Shown here: in pieces, positions 62,664 to 64,000 of the stretch | Position numbering within the stretch: the stretch's first letter is position 1 | Layout of the letters: every line of letters begins with the position of its first letter | DNA from: Candidatus Latescibacterota bacterium | Lineage (GTDB): Bacteria > Latescibacterota > UBA2968 > GCA-2709665 | NCBI GenBank assembly: GCA_965248435.1 | Contig: OZ252100.1 | Location: 2,976,001 to 3,040,000 of the forward strand | Direction of reading: 5' to 3' | DNA: 64,000 nt | Notes under the pieces: generated by a model | Told to the model about the DNA's origin: nothing | The model's database searches: none | Seen by the model: the letters and a program-made list of their open reading frames with translations, nothing else | Position numbers and translations under genes: made by a program

Positions 62664-64000
62664 ATGTTCAACATTCAGTTTAAGAGATGGGCACTCGTCG
62701 GGCTGGTCGCGGCGGCGTGGCTGGCCGCGGAGGCGTTCAGCGCGTCGGCCCAGGTCAATATGGCTGCGGCCCGGCGCAACATGACCCGGTCCCACATGTG
62801 GTCGTCCTTCGCGAACAACGGCAGTTTTGGTCAAGCTAAGAGAATCAATATGGAGGGGATGTACAGTCACACTTATCCCGCCGTCGGGGTGGGCGCGGCC
62901 AGGTATCCAGACAGTGATTACTACTGGCACCAAAAGCCATCCGGCCAGGGCGGTGAAGCGCCCTACATCTCGCTCGGCAGGGCCTACGTCACCCTGACGA
63001 CCGTGGGGGGCGAGCAGTACGCTTCCTACGGCCCGTTTCGGGGGGGCACCGAAGATGTATTGCCCCACATCTACGACATCGAGAGCGGACCCGAGGCGAC
63101 CTGGGGCATCGACACCAAGGCGCCGGCGCGGTCCGCACTCCCTGGGGTGAGCATGTCCAACTGGTGGCCCGGGGCGACATCGCTGAAGGACAACTCTGCC
63201 ATAAGTACGGTGCCGTATGAGATCCACAACTACGACTACGGGGTCTACTCGTCCGTGCAGAATACGGCCGAGACGATCATGATCTCGGAGTGGGAGTCGA
63301 ACGAGCACGGCGGGGAGAACGTGCTGGTGGCCGTGCGCCGGGTGCTGGCCTGGAGCAACCAGGACCTGGACGACATGCTCATCTACGACACGGAGTGGAC
63401 GAACACGAGCAACCAGCTGATCACCGACGCCTACTTCGGGTTCATCCAAGCCCTCCACCTCAAGTCTTCGGGGCAGATCTGGCGGGGTAGCTATCACTAC
63501 GGCTGGCACAACTATGACGATGATGGCCCGAGTGAGTTCGACGACGGGTACGCCTGGTCGGAGGATCCGGGCTTCGCCGGCGACCCCAATTTCGTCGGGA
63601 GGTTTTGGGCCGTGCAGTGGGACGGGAACGACCCGTTTACGCCAGACGACGACACGGGCGACCCCTTCTTTTTGAACCTGTGTACGTCTCAGGGATGCTC
63701 TCCGGGCTTCCTGAACGCGGCGAAACGTCCGGATGGCATGCCCCAAAGCCCGGAATACGTCGGATACGGGCCCCTGGCCTGGCGGGGAAGCGGCACGGGC
63801 GCCTGGAACGCGGTGGACGCGGCGGTCGGCTACGTGGAGGCGCAGGGCGACCCGCTCTACCACTACTGGGCGGTGGACCGCTCTAGAGTCGAGGCAGATC
63901 CGGCGGGCTCCGATGTAAGAGGAACTGGGCCGTCAACCCATGAGGCCAGATACGCCGCCTGGACCGCGGAGAGTCACACTCCGCCGGCGTTGCCGGCTTT
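62664..64000 (+). CDS. secreted partner protein of the TonB receptor (runs off window)
   Basis: AGGAG-ATG 62664, signal peptide MFNIQFKRWALVGLVAAAWLAAEAFSASA; absent from the ORF track, consistent with no stop before window end. Confidence 0.8.
   Translation, partial: MFNIQFKRWALVGLVAAAWLAAEAFSASAQVNMAAARRNMTRSHMWSSFANNGSFGQAKRINMEGMYSHTYPAVGVGAARYPDSDYYWHQKPSGQGGEAPYISLGRAYVTLTTVGGEQYASYGPFRGGTEDVLPHIYDIESGPEATWGIDTKAPARSALPGVSMSNWWPGATSLKDNSAISTVPYEIHNYDYGVYSSVQNTAETIMISEWESNEHGGENVLVAVRRVLAWSNQDLDDMLIYDTEWTNTSNQLITDAYFGFIQALHLKSSGQIWRGSYHYGWHNYDDDGPSEFDDGYAWSEDPGFAGDPNFVGRFWAVQWDGNDPFTPDDDTGDPFFLNLCTSQGCSPGFLNAAKRPDGMPQSPEYVGYGPLAWRGSGTGAWNAVDAAVGYVEAQGDPLYHYWAVDRSRVEADPAGSDVRGTGPSTHEARYAAWTAESHTPPALPA

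Noticed and set aside
61821-63863. 680-aa minus-strand ORF
   Set aside because: Shadow of the TonB receptor and its partner, which have RBS and signal peptides.

Overview
GC-rich bacterial chromosome segment. The gene repertoire (dockerin-like EF-hand modules, FlgD-Ig/T9SS-type C-termini, TonB receptor plus partner, paralogous AKRs and propeller hydrolases) resembles Latescibacterota/FCB candidate phyla; this is inference. 1-26.6 kb is mostly minus-strand housekeeping and metabolic genes: three tandem aldo/keto reductases, K+ channels, APC-USP permease, citrate synthase, moaD/moaE, pncB, def and larE. It contains a probable UGSC-family selenoprotein hidden as two ORFs split by an in-frame TGA with a SECIS-like hairpin. 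The last 100 bp of that gene are duplicated 2.5 kb downstream, bracketing an integrase-less AT-rich islet (PD-(D/E)XK nuclease, GNAT, ankyrin). 26.9-41.7 kb encodes FlhG-like, GT9 and large secreted FN3/dockerin/cohesin/FG-GAP proteins plus a truncated PorV-like barrel. 41.7-45.5 kb is a scrambled podovirus-like remnant with an IS3. 45.5-57 kb has duplicated propeller hydrolases around a four-helix-bundle gene flanked by inverted heptamer arrays, many REP-like repeats, an IS1182-like remnant inside a cytochrome c peroxidase relic, and a tRNA-like fragment. An intact IS1380 (CTAA target duplication) sits in the leader of a TonB receptor locus. Several homopolymer frameshifts and abrupt junctions suggest sequencing or assembly artefacts, so pseudogene calls are provisional.
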